Source of the DNA: Thermomicrobiales bacterium
GTDB taxonomy: Bacteria > Chloroflexota > Chloroflexia > Thermomicrobiales > UBA6265
Length of the DNA stretch: 64,000 bases
Direction: 5' to 3'
Assembly: GCA_041390825.1 (NCBI GenBank)
Contig: JAWKPF010000009.1
Span: 59,808-123,807 of the forward strand
A program made the position numbers and the translations under genes. Under the pieces are notes generated by a model that saw nothing but the letters and a program-made list of their open reading frames with translations, was not told the origin of the DNA and searched no databases. This document shows, piece by piece, positions 22,153-32,083 of this stretch (positions within the stretch are counted from its first letter, which is position 1; every line of letters starts with the position of its first letter).

Positions 22153-22962
22153 ATGACATCAAGACTGCGAAATCTCCGTGAGCGCTGGGTGATCGTTGGG
22201 GGCATGCCGATCCATTACTGGGCGTCGGTTCCCACCGAAGACCAAAGTTCGCCGACCCTTATTCATTTGCACGGATTCGGCATTTCTGGATCGTATCTGT
22301 TGCCGACGGCAGACCTGCTCGCCGCGGAGTTTCCAACTTGTGTTCCGGACCTGCCAGGATATGGCCGCAGCCCGAAACCCGAGCATGTTTATGGAATTCC
22401 GGAGCTTGCGCAATCGGTGATCGGATTCATGGACGCGCTCGGGATCGAGCGTGCGTGGCTGGTAGGAAACTCGATGGGATGCATCGTGGCGATCGAGACA
22501 GCCAACGAGGCGCCGGATCGAATCGAAGCGGTGGTTCTGGTTTCGCCTGCCGGTGGCCAGAACAACCGACCGATTTTCAAGGGAGTCGGACAACTCGCGA
22601 TCGACAGTGTGCGCGAGCCAGTGCGTATGTATCGCATCGCGCTCCCTGACTATCTGCGATTCGGCATGATCAATGCGGGGCGACTCTTTTGGCGGATGAT
22701 CCACTACCCGACGGTCGACCGGTTTCAGGAAACGACCACGCCTGCGCTGGTCGTGATCGGGCGAAGGGATCCCCTCGTCAATGGGGCGCGAATACTGGAG
22801 GGGACTGCGTCGAATCCGCAGATTCGGGTCGAGTACATCGACGACGCAGCCCATGCCATCAACTATTCACATCCAGAGGTGCTTGCGAGGTTGATTCGCG
22901 ACTTCCTTTCCGAGCGCCACTTCGAAGGTGAGCGCGTGATCCTGGTTGCCGATATCGAATAG
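22153..22962 (+). CDS. alpha/beta hydrolase
   Basis: 269-aa ORF with HLHGFG and the nucleophile elbow GNSMGC. C-terminal DDAAHAINYSHPE. Confidence 0.8.
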   Translation: MTSRLRNLRERWVIVGGMPIHYWASVPTEDQSSPTLIHLHGFGISGSYLLPTADLLAAEFPTCVPDLPGYGRSPKPEHVYGIPELAQSVIGFMDALGIERAWLVGNSMGCIVAIETANEAPDRIEAVVLVSPAGGQNNRPIFKGVGQLAIDSVREPVRMYRIALPDYLRFGMINAGRLFWRMIHYPTVDRFQETTTPALVVIGRRDPLVNGARILEGTASNPQIRVEYIDDAAHAINYSHPEVLARLIRDFLSERHFEGERVILVADIE

Positions 22963-23359
22963 GCTCCAGTTCCCTATCGGAACGTGACTGCGCCTCGAAC
23001 GGCTCCTCATTCCACGTTACTGCAGATGATCACTATTAAGGGCCGCACCGCTGAGCTCCGTGGGGACGCCGATCAGTTTCCTGCCGGTGTTTGAGGACGA
23101 GTCTCCTGCTGGGAGCGAATTGCTGCCCAACAGGTTCATGTTGTCGTTGGCTTGGAAGCTGATCTCCGACCGCCACCTCGGCGGTTGAGGGCAGATGGAA
23201 GCGAACGCAATGCTCCCAGGACGTCATTCGCGGGATTCGCTTCGATGTCTGTTGGGCGCTCAGCCGGATCGATACAAGCTAGCCAGCGCCACTTTCAGTT
23301 GAACGCGAGAAGTCGATGTGGTGCCGCGTTGGACATGTGCAGTGCAGATGGTTAGCTGC

Positions 23360-23434
23360 GGTACGCCCGGCGTGACTCGAACACGCGGCCTCTTGCTCCG
23401 GAGGCAAGCGCTCTATCCACTGAGCTACGGGCGC
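23360..23434 (-). tRNA. tRNA-Arg (anticodon CCG)
   Basis: Hand-folded from the reverse complement. Acceptor GCGCCCG/CGGGCGT (G1:U72), D arm GCTC-AGTGGATA-GAGC, anticodon arm CTTGC-CTCCGGA-GCAAG, variable AGGCC, T arm GCGTG-TTCGAGT-CACGC, discriminator A, then CC (the final A is not encoded). Confidence 0.9.
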
Positions 23435-23562
23435 GCAACCGTGAAGCTGTCGAAGCACTGTCCCGGAAACCGGGCCGACAGAGTTCGATCAGCTTCCCCA
23501 TATGATACATGCTCCGTTCTTCTGGCTGTGGTGGTTCCCAGAAAGCGCCGCACGATTCATTC

Positions 23563-24100
23563 TCAGCCAGGCATCGGCCCGGTCGCCGGTTCCTGCGGGC
23601 GCGGGCGCAAGCGGACCGAGAGCCTGGAAAACCCGTTGCCGGGATAGACGCCTCGTTGCGCGGAATCCCCAGCGACACCTTTGATGACCGATGTGCGGGC
23701 GAGGAGTTCCTCCAGCGCGACGCGTAGCTCGAGCCGAGCCAATGGCGCGCCGATGCAGTCGTGGATTCCGGAACCGAACACGAAGTTGCCCCGCTGATCG
23801 CGGTCCAGGTGAATTCTTTCAGCATCGGGAAACGCTTGCTCGTCGCGGTTTGCCGCCATCCACATGAGCGTCACCTTGGAGCCTTCCGGAATCTGTCGGC
23901 CACCTATTTCGACGTCCTCGCTGGTGGTACGCCGATTTGCAACCAGTGGATCGTCGACGCGCAAGATCTCGTCGACGGCCGCCGCGATCGAAGCAGGGTC
24001 GTTTCGGAGTCGTTGTTGTAGCTGTTGGTCGGTCACCAGGTGAAAGATCAGGATGCCGAGCCCCGCCGCGACTGTTCCATGCCCAGCGATCCAGTTGCGC
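23563..24100 (-). pseudogene. cytochrome P450 C-terminal fragment (I-helix to end)
   Basis: The reading begins at IAGHGTVAAG (I-helix AGxxT-like) and contains the heme loop FGSGIHDCIGAPLARLE. There is no N-terminal half; it abuts a truncated ATPase reading near 24100-24110. Confidence 0.7.
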
Positions 24101-24104
24101 AAGA

Positions 24105-26301
24105 TGCTGCCCCTGCCGTTGCAGCTGCTCAACCATTTCCGCTTTTTGCTCGAGGAGTACCTCGGCGATGACGTGATCTGCCGGAATGCCGGCCTGTTCG
24201 GCGATGGCCTTAGCCGTTCCTTTGTGATCGCCAGTAAGCATCCAGACATCGAGCCTCAGCGCGCGCATTTCCTGCACCGCCTCCGGTGATTCGGGGCGAA
24301 GTGCATCTGCAACCGCAAGATCCCAGCGATCTTACCGTCGATCACGACGTAGATCGGAGTCGCGCCTGTTCCGCAAGCTGCTGCGCTTTTCAGCAATCGT
24401 GCGCCCATCGATGCCGAGCTGGTCCAACAGTCCGAGGTTCCCCGCAGCAACCAACCGACCAGCAACCATGCCGGTAATGCCGCGACCGGGAATAGCCTCG
24501 AAGTCCTCTGCCGGTTCGAGCACGACATTCCGTTCTGCGCAGCGGTGACAATGGCTTCACCGAGCGGATGTTCTGAGCCAACCTCCAGCGCTGCTGCCAC
24601 AGGATGTCGTCCTCGGTGAACGGCGCTTCGGGCGAAATACCGCTCACTGTTGGCCGGCCACTGGGTCAACGTGCCGGTCTTATCAACACGATCGCGGTAA
24701 TGCGCTTCGCGCCTCCAGTGCTTCACCTCCCCGAATCAGAACACCATTCTCGGCAGCCTTGCCGGTTCCCACCATGATGGCAGTTGGCGCGGCCAGACCC
24801 AAAGCGTAGCGGACACGCGATGACCAGCACCGCGATAGCAGGTAATCGCCAGCGTGGTGGCGTCGGCTGCTGGTCCAAGAAGTACCAACCTAGGAACGTG
24901 AGGAGCGAGACTACCAAGACAATGGGAACGAAATAGCCGGAAACGGTATCAGCCATGCGCTGCATGGGAGCCTTCGACCCTTGCGCTTCCTCAACGAGCC
25001 GAACAATCTGTGCCAAAGTCGTATCTTCGCCGACCTTGGTGGCTCGAAAGACGAATGACCCGGTCGTGCCAATCGTGGCTCTGATGACCGGTCCCCCGGC
25101 CTCTGCCAACCGGAAGGCTTTCACCGGTCAACATGCTTTCATCGAGCGTCGAGCGTCCCTCGACGATGGTTCCGTCCACAGGGATTTTCTCGCCCGGCCG
25201 AACCCGTACGAGATCGCCGACGACCACGGCCTCAAGAGGGACGTCGATTTCCGACCCGTTTCGCACTACGCGAGCCGTGGTGGCCTGCAGGCCCATCAGC
25301 GCGCGACGCTTCACCAGTGGATCGCTGGCGCGCGCTTCCAGCCAGCGACCCATCAAGATCAGCGCGATGATGATGACGGCCGACTCGTAGTACAGATCGA
25401 AGGGCAGATCCCATCGCAAAGCCAGATGCGGCCAGAGGGTGACAAAGGCGCTGTATCCGAACGCCACGCTGGTCCCGACAGCGACGAGGGGTATTCATGT
25501 TCGCGGAACCGTGCTTCCCTGCCGCCCAAGCCGCCTGATAGAAAATGGCTCCGGCCCATACCTGCACAATCGTTGCAGCGATCAGCAGCAGCGGGGCGAG
25601 GGTGACCATACTGACATCCAGGGGCAGATACATCAGTCCCATCATCACCAGACCGATGGCCAGACTGACGAACGATTTGCGCTTCAGATCGGCAATCTCG
25701 GCGTCCCGCCGGATTTGGCGCTCGTCCTGCGCAGGGTACCTGTCATATCTGGAACTGTCACGCTCTTGGCGACAGAGAGTTGGCCCACGTGGTAACCGGC
25801 CCGCTCAACAGCTCGCTCGAGATCCTCGCGTGAAACCCGTGCTGGATCGAATACAACCGATGCTTGTTCGGTCGCCAGGTTGACGTTCGCCTGTGCAACG
25901 CCGTCTACCTTCTCCAGTGCCTTTTCGATCCGTCGGACACATGACGCGCAGGTCATCCCCTCCACCGGCAACTCGATGGTGCCCGTGGATCCGTTTAGAG
26001 AAGCGTGCCCATTGCTCGTAATCGCCGACGGTGCGGGAGCGGGGGGAGGCGCCACGGGTCGTGCCTGATAGCCCGCCTTCTCCACCGCCGCCTCAAGCTG
26101 AGCTGTCTCCACCAGCGTGGGATCAAACCGAACGCTCGCTCGCTCCGTGGCGAGGTTCACCGTCGCTTGGTCGACACCGGGAACCTTCTCAAGCGCCTTT
26201 TCCACCCGTCGCACACACGATGCACACGTCATTCCTTCTATTTCAAATTGCACATCGAGCGTCGTAGCCGACATGGGACCTCCATTTACGTCTGTATTCA
26301 A
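24105..26301 (-). pseudogene. copA: copper-translocating P-type ATPase, heavily frameshifted and 3'-truncated
   Basis: Pieces lie in different frames: two HMA domains ([18 protein letters not shown], twice, 25684..26301), TM region, [47 protein letters not shown]. At least 9 frame changes. The reading ends at LQRQGQ, before the GDGxNDxP motif. Confidence 0.8.
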
Positions 26302-26327
26302 GTAGGGGACATCAGGTAACCAAGCGA

Positions 26328-26353
26328 TTCCCGGTGCCCTTGGGCACCGGGAA
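26328..26353. other. perfect palindrome with 12-nt arms between copZ and copA-1
   Basis: TTCCCGGTGCCC-tt-GGGCACCGGGAA read directly. No U-run follows on the minus strand, so it is not a classical intrinsic terminator. Confidence 0.4.
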
Positions 26354-26381
26354 CCTGCGCTATGTGCCTTGCCAGGTGCGG

Positions 26382-26612
26382 TTAGTTGCCGCCGGCCTCT
26401 TCAAACGCCGAGACCGGATAGGACTCCTCCGCCAGCACGTCCCTGAGCTGGGTGATCGAGACCGTCTGCGGGTCGTAGTTCACCAGGATGGTTTTTGTAG
26501 GCAGGTCAACCGTCACCTGATGGACGCCGGTTAGCGGTGTAAGTGCCTCGGTCACGGTGCGTTCACAGTGGTCACAACTGAGATCAGGAACGGTCAACTT
26601 CGTCATGCTCAT
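26382..26612 (-). CDS. copZ: copper chaperone, HMA domain (CopZ-like)
   Basis: 76-aa [27 protein letters not shown].., with a CxxC metal site on the HMA ferredoxin-like pattern. Confidence 0.8.
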   Translation of the reverse strand: MSMTKLTVPDLSCDHCERTVTEALTPLTGVHQVTVDLPTKTILVNYDPQTVSITQLRDVLAEESYPVSAFEEAGGN

Positions 26613-26660
26613 GGTCTGCTCCTTCGCGCTCTTTGGAAGAGCGACTTCATTGGACGATTG

Positions 26661-26706
26661 ATACCCCCTGGGGGTATAATGCGAATAGGATACACCCCGG
26701 GGGTAT
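26661..26706. promoter_or_regulatory. two CsoR-type operators in the copZ/csoR divergent intergenic region
   Basis: ATACCCCCTGGGGGTAT (26661-26677, a 17-bp palindrome) and ATACACCCCGGGGGTAT (26690-26706). These G/C-tract pseudo-palindromes flanked by ATAC/GTAT match the known CsoR operator style. Their centres are 29 bp apart. Confidence 0.7.
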
Positions 26707-26754
26707 ACGGGTCAAGTCATAGGCTTGGCCAACTCCCGAGAAGGAGCTCGCGTT

Positions 26755-27093
26755 ATGGAATCAGCAATCCCGTCGATGGAAGCGTCTGCGGCTGAGCCAG
26801 CCCGGACTACGGATTACGAGGCAGATCGAGAAAAAATCGTCAAGCGGTTGCGCCGCATCGAGGGGCAGGTGCGCGGCGTGCAGGCCATGGTCGAACGAGA
26901 CGATTACTGCGTGGATGTGTTAACACAGTTGTCAGCAGTGATGGCTGCTACCCGATCAGTCGGCTTGGCAGTCCTCGATAGTCACATCAGCGGATGTGTG
27001 ATGGGAAGTTGCCGACATGGGCATCACGACCAGCAAGAGCTGCTTGATGAACTTTCCACGGCCATCGAGCGGTTTGTGAAGGCCAATGGCTAA
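26755..27093 (+). CDS. csoR: CsoR family metal-sensing transcriptional repressor
   Basis: ORF 26725..27093 trimmed to the ATG at 26755 (GAAGGAG upstream). KIVKRLRRIEGQVRGVQAMVERDDYCVDVLTQLSAV...LDSHISGC. Confidence 0.85.
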   Translation: MESAIPSMEASAAEPARTTDYEADREKIVKRLRRIEGQVRGVQAMVERDDYCVDVLTQLSAVMAATRSVGLAVLDSHISGCVMGSCRHGHHDQQELLDELSTAIERFVKANG

Positions 27094-27130
27094 TTCGGCT
27101 GATCCCGTTCGGAGCAGCTAAGGTAGACGC

Positions 27131-27514
27131 ATGTTGATACGGCACACGCTTCCTTCTCTTACCGCGGTGGCGTTGTCCCTGACGCTGGCGCTGTTGGCGC
27201 ACGACGTCCTGATGGCGGCCGATGGGCCGGTTCATCCGCCGCAGCACCGACTCCACGCGACTGCAGTGGTTTCCACAGATCGACCCATGAAAGCGGATCT
27301 TTTGCTTGCCGTTGCTCCTATGCATCCTGAAGGATGCGCTCCGAGTTTGCCGGCAGTTGCCCCGTTGAAATGGCCGTCAGCTGGCTCGCACACGAATAGC
27401 GTGGTGCTCATCAATCAAGAGCGCTACATTGCCTTGGAAGTATCTGAATCGAGAACTCCCCCAACCTGCTCTCCTCAGGTCCGTCGCGCATTGTTTCAGG
27501 TGTACCAAATTTGA
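27131..27514 (+). CDS. hypothetical exported protein downstream of csoR
   Basis: 127-aa ORF 37 nt after csoR. N-terminal hydrophobic segment and several His/Met/Cys residues (HPPQHRLH, MHPEGC). No family recognised. Confidence 0.4.
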   Translation: MLIRHTLPSLTAVALSLTLALLAHDVLMAADGPVHPPQHRLHATAVVSTDRPMKADLLLAVAPMHPEGCAPSLPAVAPLKWPSAGSHTNSVVLINQERYIALEVSESRTPPTCSPQVRRALFQVYQI

Positions 27515-27600
27515 GTTTCCTTCGATCACCACGACCGGGCGTTGCCGTGTTCGGCAGCTGACGCCCATGAACCTGGTTTGATACGAAAGGAATTCAATCC

Positions 27601-28317
27601 GTGAACAGCAACACCTTCTGGCGGTGCGCCGCCATGATGGTTCTCGCCCTGGGAACCTTTTTCAGCCTTGGCACCATGACCACTCACGCAGCGCAGTCGA
27701 GTGCCGCTGCAACACCAGCAAATTGCGACATCCCCGGCACTCCAACAAGCGACAGTCAGGCACATTCCAATATGGATATGGGCTCACCGGTGTCACAGGA
27801 CATCGACTTGATCTACATCGATATGATGATCCCGCATCACGCCAGTATCATCGCGCTGTCCCAAGCCGCGCTCCCGCGATTGGAGGACGAACGGCTCCGC
27901 ACCCTGGCCCAGAACGTCATCGACGCGCAGTCGGCCGAGATCGAGGAGCTACAGGGCTATCGACTCGAGTTGTATGGCAGCGCTGACGTGCAGCCAATCG
28001 ACGAACAGAGCATGATGCTGCTGATGGGGGACATGGGCCATTCCATGGACGCGATGATGTCGGAAATGGATGCCACGGCCCAAGTGGCGGCCATCTGCGC
28101 CGCGCTCGATGTCGATGTCGCCTTCATCGACCTGACGATTCCGCATCACGAGAGTGCGATCATGACCTCGCAAGTGGTGGTCGAACAGGCAGTGCATACG
28201 GAAATTCGCGACTTCGCACAGCGTGTGATCGAGGATCAACAGCGTGAAATCGAGGAGCTGCAGCAGATTCGTCTGGAACTCACCGGATCGACCGTTGTCG
28301 CCGCGTCGAAGATGTAA
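27601..28317 (+). CDS. DUF305 domain-containing protein (two repeats)
   Basis: 238-aa ORF with a GTG start and a signal peptide. Twin motifs DLIYIDMMIPHHASIIALSQ and AFIDLTIPHHESAIMTSQ. Confidence 0.8.
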   Translation: MNSNTFWRCAAMMVLALGTFFSLGTMTTHAAQSSAAATPANCDIPGTPTSDSQAHSNMDMGSPVSQDIDLIYIDMMIPHHASIIALSQAALPRLEDERLRTLAQNVIDAQSAEIEELQGYRLELYGSADVQPIDEQSMMLLMGDMGHSMDAMMSEMDATAQVAAICAALDVDVAFIDLTIPHHESAIMTSQVVVEQAVHTEIRDFAQRVIEDQQREIEELQQIRLELTGSTVVAASKM

Positions 28318-28350
28318 GTGCCGGAGCCTCGTACTTCAGATGGTGCACCC

Positions 28351-28758
28351 ATGAAGTTGGCGTGGCCAGACCTCGACCAGACCGTGGACGAAGGGCCGGA
28401 GACGGATGCGCGACTGCGGTGCATTCAAGCCTGCCTCATCTGTGCGCAGGTGTGCACTGCCTGTGGCGATACGTCGTTGCAGCAATTTGCGCTCAAGGAG
28501 CTGGTCGCCACCGTTCGGCTGACACTCGATTGCGCGGATCAATGCGAGGCAACCGGTCGCACCATCTCCCGTCTCACCCTAAGCCACCCGCAGGTGCTCC
28601 GAGCCTCCTTGCTTGCGTGTGCCACTATTTGCGGGCATTGCGCAGAGGAATGCGAGCTTCATGGTCGCCACGGGATGGACCACTGTCGACAGTGTGGTCG
28701 TGCGTGTCGCCGGTGTGAACAGGCCTGCCAGGCGTTTCTGAAGCAGCTCCGCTTGTAG
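28351..28758 (+). CDS. Cys-rich four-helix-bundle copper-binding protein (DUF326-like)
   Basis: ORF 28318..28758 trimmed to the ATG at 28351. Repeated CxxxC arrays (CIQACLICAQVCTAC, CATICGHCAEEC, CRQCGRACRRCEQAC). Confidence 0.75.
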   Translation: MKLAWPDLDQTVDEGPETDARLRCIQACLICAQVCTACGDTSLQQFALKELVATVRLTLDCADQCEATGRTISRLTLSHPQVLRASLLACATICGHCAEECELHGRHGMDHCRQCGRACRRCEQACQAFLKQLRL

Positions 28759-28831
28759 CGGCTCAAAGCATTGCCACTTGCGATCGGCCATAACGGCTGG
28801 TCGCAAGTGGTTGCATCAGGCGCGAATGCTT

Positions 28832-31392
28832 TTAGCTCCCGACCACGGGCTGGGGTTGCAAGAAGTTGGTAGACAAACCACTGTCATCGGCCAACTGGCG
28901 CTCGACGCGCTTAAGTGACACTGCGTTCAAAGCCACGATAATTGACGACACACTCATCAAGAGCGCCGCCCATTCGGGACGCAATTCGATACCGTAGCGC
29001 GGGTAGAGCACGCCGGCGGCGATCGGTATCGCCAGGATATTGTAGACACTGGCCCACACGAGGTTCTGTTTCATCTTGCGCACGGTTGCCTTGCTCAGCT
29101 GAATGGCGCGCAGAATGTCTAGCGGATCCGAGCGCATCAGCACGACCCGCGCAGTTTCGATGGCCACATCGGTGCCAGCGCCGATGGCAATACCAACATC
29201 AGCTTGCGCTAAGGCCGGCGCGTCGTTCACGCCATCACCCACCATGGCCACCACCTTTCCCTCGCCTTGCAATTGCGCGATGTAGGTGGCTTTGTCCGCT
29301 GGCAGCACGTCGGCAAAGACGCGCTCGATGCCGAGTTGCCGCGCAATCGCTTGTGCCGTGCGAGCGTTGTCTCCGGTGAGCATGACCGGCTCGATACCTA
29401 GAGCGCGCAATTGCGTGATGGTTTCTGCTGCACTGGCGCGTTGAGTATCCGCCACTGCCACCACCCCAGCAATTCGGCCATCCAGCGCAACGAACATAGG
29501 GGTCTTACCCGCCGCGGCCAGGGTTTCCGCCGTTGTTTCCAACTCGCCAAGCTCGACGTTGTTAGTGGTCATGAGCGCACGATTCCCCACCAGAATGCGT
29601 CGATCGTCTACGGTGGCTTGCAAGCCAAGACCGGAAAGGGCCAGAAAGTCGTGCGCTTCTGGAAGAGCGAGTCCCCGCGCTTCCGCGGCGTTCACGATCG
29701 CACGGCCCAGCGGGTGCTCGGAACCGTATTCAGCCCCGGCCACCAACCGTAAAAGCTCGTCTTCCGTGATGTTGTCCGTCGTATGTACGTCGGTCAGACT
29801 TGGTCTTCCCTCGGTGAGCGTCCCGGTTTTGTCGAAGACAATCGCGTTGACCTGTGAGATCCGCTCAAGGGTAGCGGCGTCTTTGATCAACACTTTGTGC
29901 CGAGCGCCAATTCCCGTTCCAACGGCGACCGCCGTCGGGGTCGCTAGCCCGAGCGCGTCAGGACAGGCGATGACGACTGCGGCAATGGCAAAGGTCAGGG
30001 CTTCCAGCGCTGAGACATTAGCGACCCAAAACCAGACTGAGAAAGTCGCGACACCCGAGCCAACTGCCAGGATGACCAGATACTGGGCTGCCCGGTCCGC
30101 CAGTCGCTGTCCAGGCGCCTTGGACGACTGCGCTTGCTGCACCAGATTCACGATCTGAGCCAGGGTCGAGTCGGCACCAACTTTGGTCGCGCGCACCGTG
30201 ATCGTACCGGAGCGGTTGATACTGCCACCGACCACAGCGTCACCCGGACGCTTGTCCACTGGCACTGACTCTCCCGTGACCAGTGACTCGTCGATGCTGG
30301 TTTCGCCCCGGAGCACTTCTCCGTCGACGGCCACCTTTTCTCCGGGACGAATCACAATGTCATCGCCGACCACGAGGTCCGCGGTGGGGACCTCGACTTC
30401 ACGGCCGTCACGCAGCACGTTCGCCGTGGGCGGCACCAGATCCAGCAGGGCGCGGAGGGCATCCGTCGTGCCGCGCCGACTCTTCATTTCCAACCAATGT
30501 CCAAAAAGCACGAAGGTCACCAGCATGGCGGCCGCTTCAAAGAAGGTGTCTTCCCGATCGCTGTAGCCTGCCAGCGTCAAGCCAGCACTAAACCCCCACG
30601 CGGCCATGACGCCTACGGCGATGAGGACACTCATGTTCAACATGCGGTGCTTTAACGAGGTGATGGCTCCACCGATGAACATCCAGCCACACCAGAAGAC
30701 CACCGGAATCGACAGCGCCAGCATCAACCAGTTGGGTGATGCCGAATGGTTCAAACGATTCGAGACCGAAGAGGGTCTCACCCAGCATGGACAGCAGAAT
30801 GATCGGAATGGTGAGCAGGAAGGAGACGAAGAAACGGTTGCGCATGTCCCGCTCCATGGCCTCTGCCATGGACGGATCCGCCATCATGGCGCTATGGTCG
30901 TGCCCTCCGGCTTCGCTCGGTCGATCACTGGCATGCGTAGCGCTGCCGTGCCCCGCATGATCCTGCGCCGCTGCGTTCCTTTGTCGCAGCCCGAGCGAAC
31001 GCTTCGTGCCCGTGAGCGGCGGCGGAGTGCGGGGCTTCGTACTGCATCCGGTCGTATTTGGTGCCCATGGTGATCGGACTGACATGGACCTGATGAGCGA
31101 GGCCTGCCGCGCTCTGGAGACGTCGCTGTCCGCTGGTGTCGTCTCCTCGATGCTCACACTGGCAGCCGAACGCGCTGATCATGCGCTCAACAGCTTCCGG
31201 ATCGCCCTGAACTGTGGCGAAGACGATTTGCGCTTCATTCCGTCGAAAGTCAACGGGCCGACGTCACCGCCGGCAGGTTCGCCAGATCCGCCTGAGCGCC
31301 TCAGCGCAGCCGACGCAGTGCAACCCAAGAATGTGAAACGTTTGGGGAATTGACTCATCTTCAGATGAAGAGTGTTGATACTGGTGTTTCAT
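28832..31392 (-). pseudogene. copA: heavy-metal (copper-type) P-type ATPase, frameshifted in its first ~660 nt as sequenced
   Basis: The 649-aa body ORF (28832..30781) is intact, with [45 protein letters not shown]. The N-terminus is reconstructed by hand from the ATG at 31392 (TATACT and GGTGAGG upstream): MKHQYQ..FHILGLHCVGCAEAL (HMA), then a His/Met-rich linker. Indels lie at 31288-31289, 31255-31257, about 31000 and 30733-30735. Confidence 0.8.
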
Positions 31393-31882
31393 GGTCGCGA
31401 CAGTATACCTCACCGGGTAAACAACTCGACTCAACCTTCGATAATGATCGCTGAGTTAGACCAAGTCGTTATCGAGCAACCGACTGTCCAGTATTGCTCG
31501 CCAGAGTGTCGTATACCGGCTATTCCCCACCGGTCGGAAGATTGGGGCGCCGGTCGTTGCGTAATAGCTACGCAGCTTGAGCCGAACCTGGGGAGGGCTT
31601 CAACTCTTTTGCTTTTGGCTTCGCGCATCACTGCTGGGTAGCCACCGTACGTCCAACCGCTTGAAACGACTGAACGAGAGGCGATCGAACTCCAACAGCA
31701 TCTCCCAAGGAACATCTTAAATTCTCACTTTTTTACTTGGTGGGAACAGAGTAACCGGCACACATCACGTACTGATCGTTCGGAAAATTGCAGTGTTTTT
31801 CAGGCCTCTTCTGGGTTAGGGATTGCTTTGTCCCTGCAAGCAAGCCGGGATGAACAGTCGTTCAGAAGTCTGAATGTCGAAC

Positions 31883-32083
31883 GATGCTCTACGGAGACCT
31901 CAAGAAATATCACGGGTGATTGACCCGTCAGCTGATGCTCCACCCGCCCATGACAAATCAACGAGGATCACCAAAAGATTCAGACGATGCTCTGATGAAT
32001 CTCGGAAATGATCTTCAGCCGCGCGGATGATCCTCATTGAGACTCAGGATCTGTGATCTTTCATGAGGCACCAGATGATGCTC
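31883..32083. repeat. four phased copies of GATGCTC in a non-coding stretch
   Basis: Copies at 31883, 31934, 31986 and 32077 (spacing 51, 52, 91 nt), plus a degenerate GATGATCCTC at 32027. They lie upstream of the gene at 32274. Confidence 0.5.

Noticed and set aside
21351-22205. Long antisense ORFs opposite recognisable genes, such as 21351..22205(-), 9996..10724(-), 12942..13916(-), 15314..16084(-), 18549..19187(-), 59012..59977(-) and 22159..22854(-).
   Set aside because: They overlap genes with clear family motifs on the other strand. Their translations are Arg/Pro/Gly-rich, low-complexity shadows typical of high-GC DNA, with no recognisable motifs or RBS.
22963-23359. tRNA-Arg as the integration site of the metal island.
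   Set aside because: The tRNA is on the minus strand, so its 3' end (the usual att side) faces left, away from the island. I found no partial tRNA duplicate by eye. The boundary role is therefore reported only as a coincidence with the frameshift step.
24256-25648. ORFs 25232..25648, 24991..25467, 24723..25124, 24256..24726 and 23819..24277 (all minus strand) as separate small genes.
   Set aside because: Each contains a consecutive block of P-type ATPase motifs, so together they are fragments of one decayed copA.
30588-31182. ORFs 30588..31157(-) and 30925..31182(-) as independent genes upstream of the copper ATPase.
   Set aside because: Their sensible parts (the His/Met-rich linker, first TM helices and HMA remnants) line up as the N-terminus of the same ATPase once four one-base indels are allowed. 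The remaining parts are out-of-frame noise.
31659-31667. GCTTGAAAC occurs at 31659-31667 and again at 43665-43673, near both suspected ends of the plasmid-like element, so it is a candidate att direct repeat.
   Set aside because: It is only 9 nt (11 with one mismatch). By rough estimate, a match of that length between two ~300-nt windows is expected by chance about one time in three. It is kept only as a coordinate to test.
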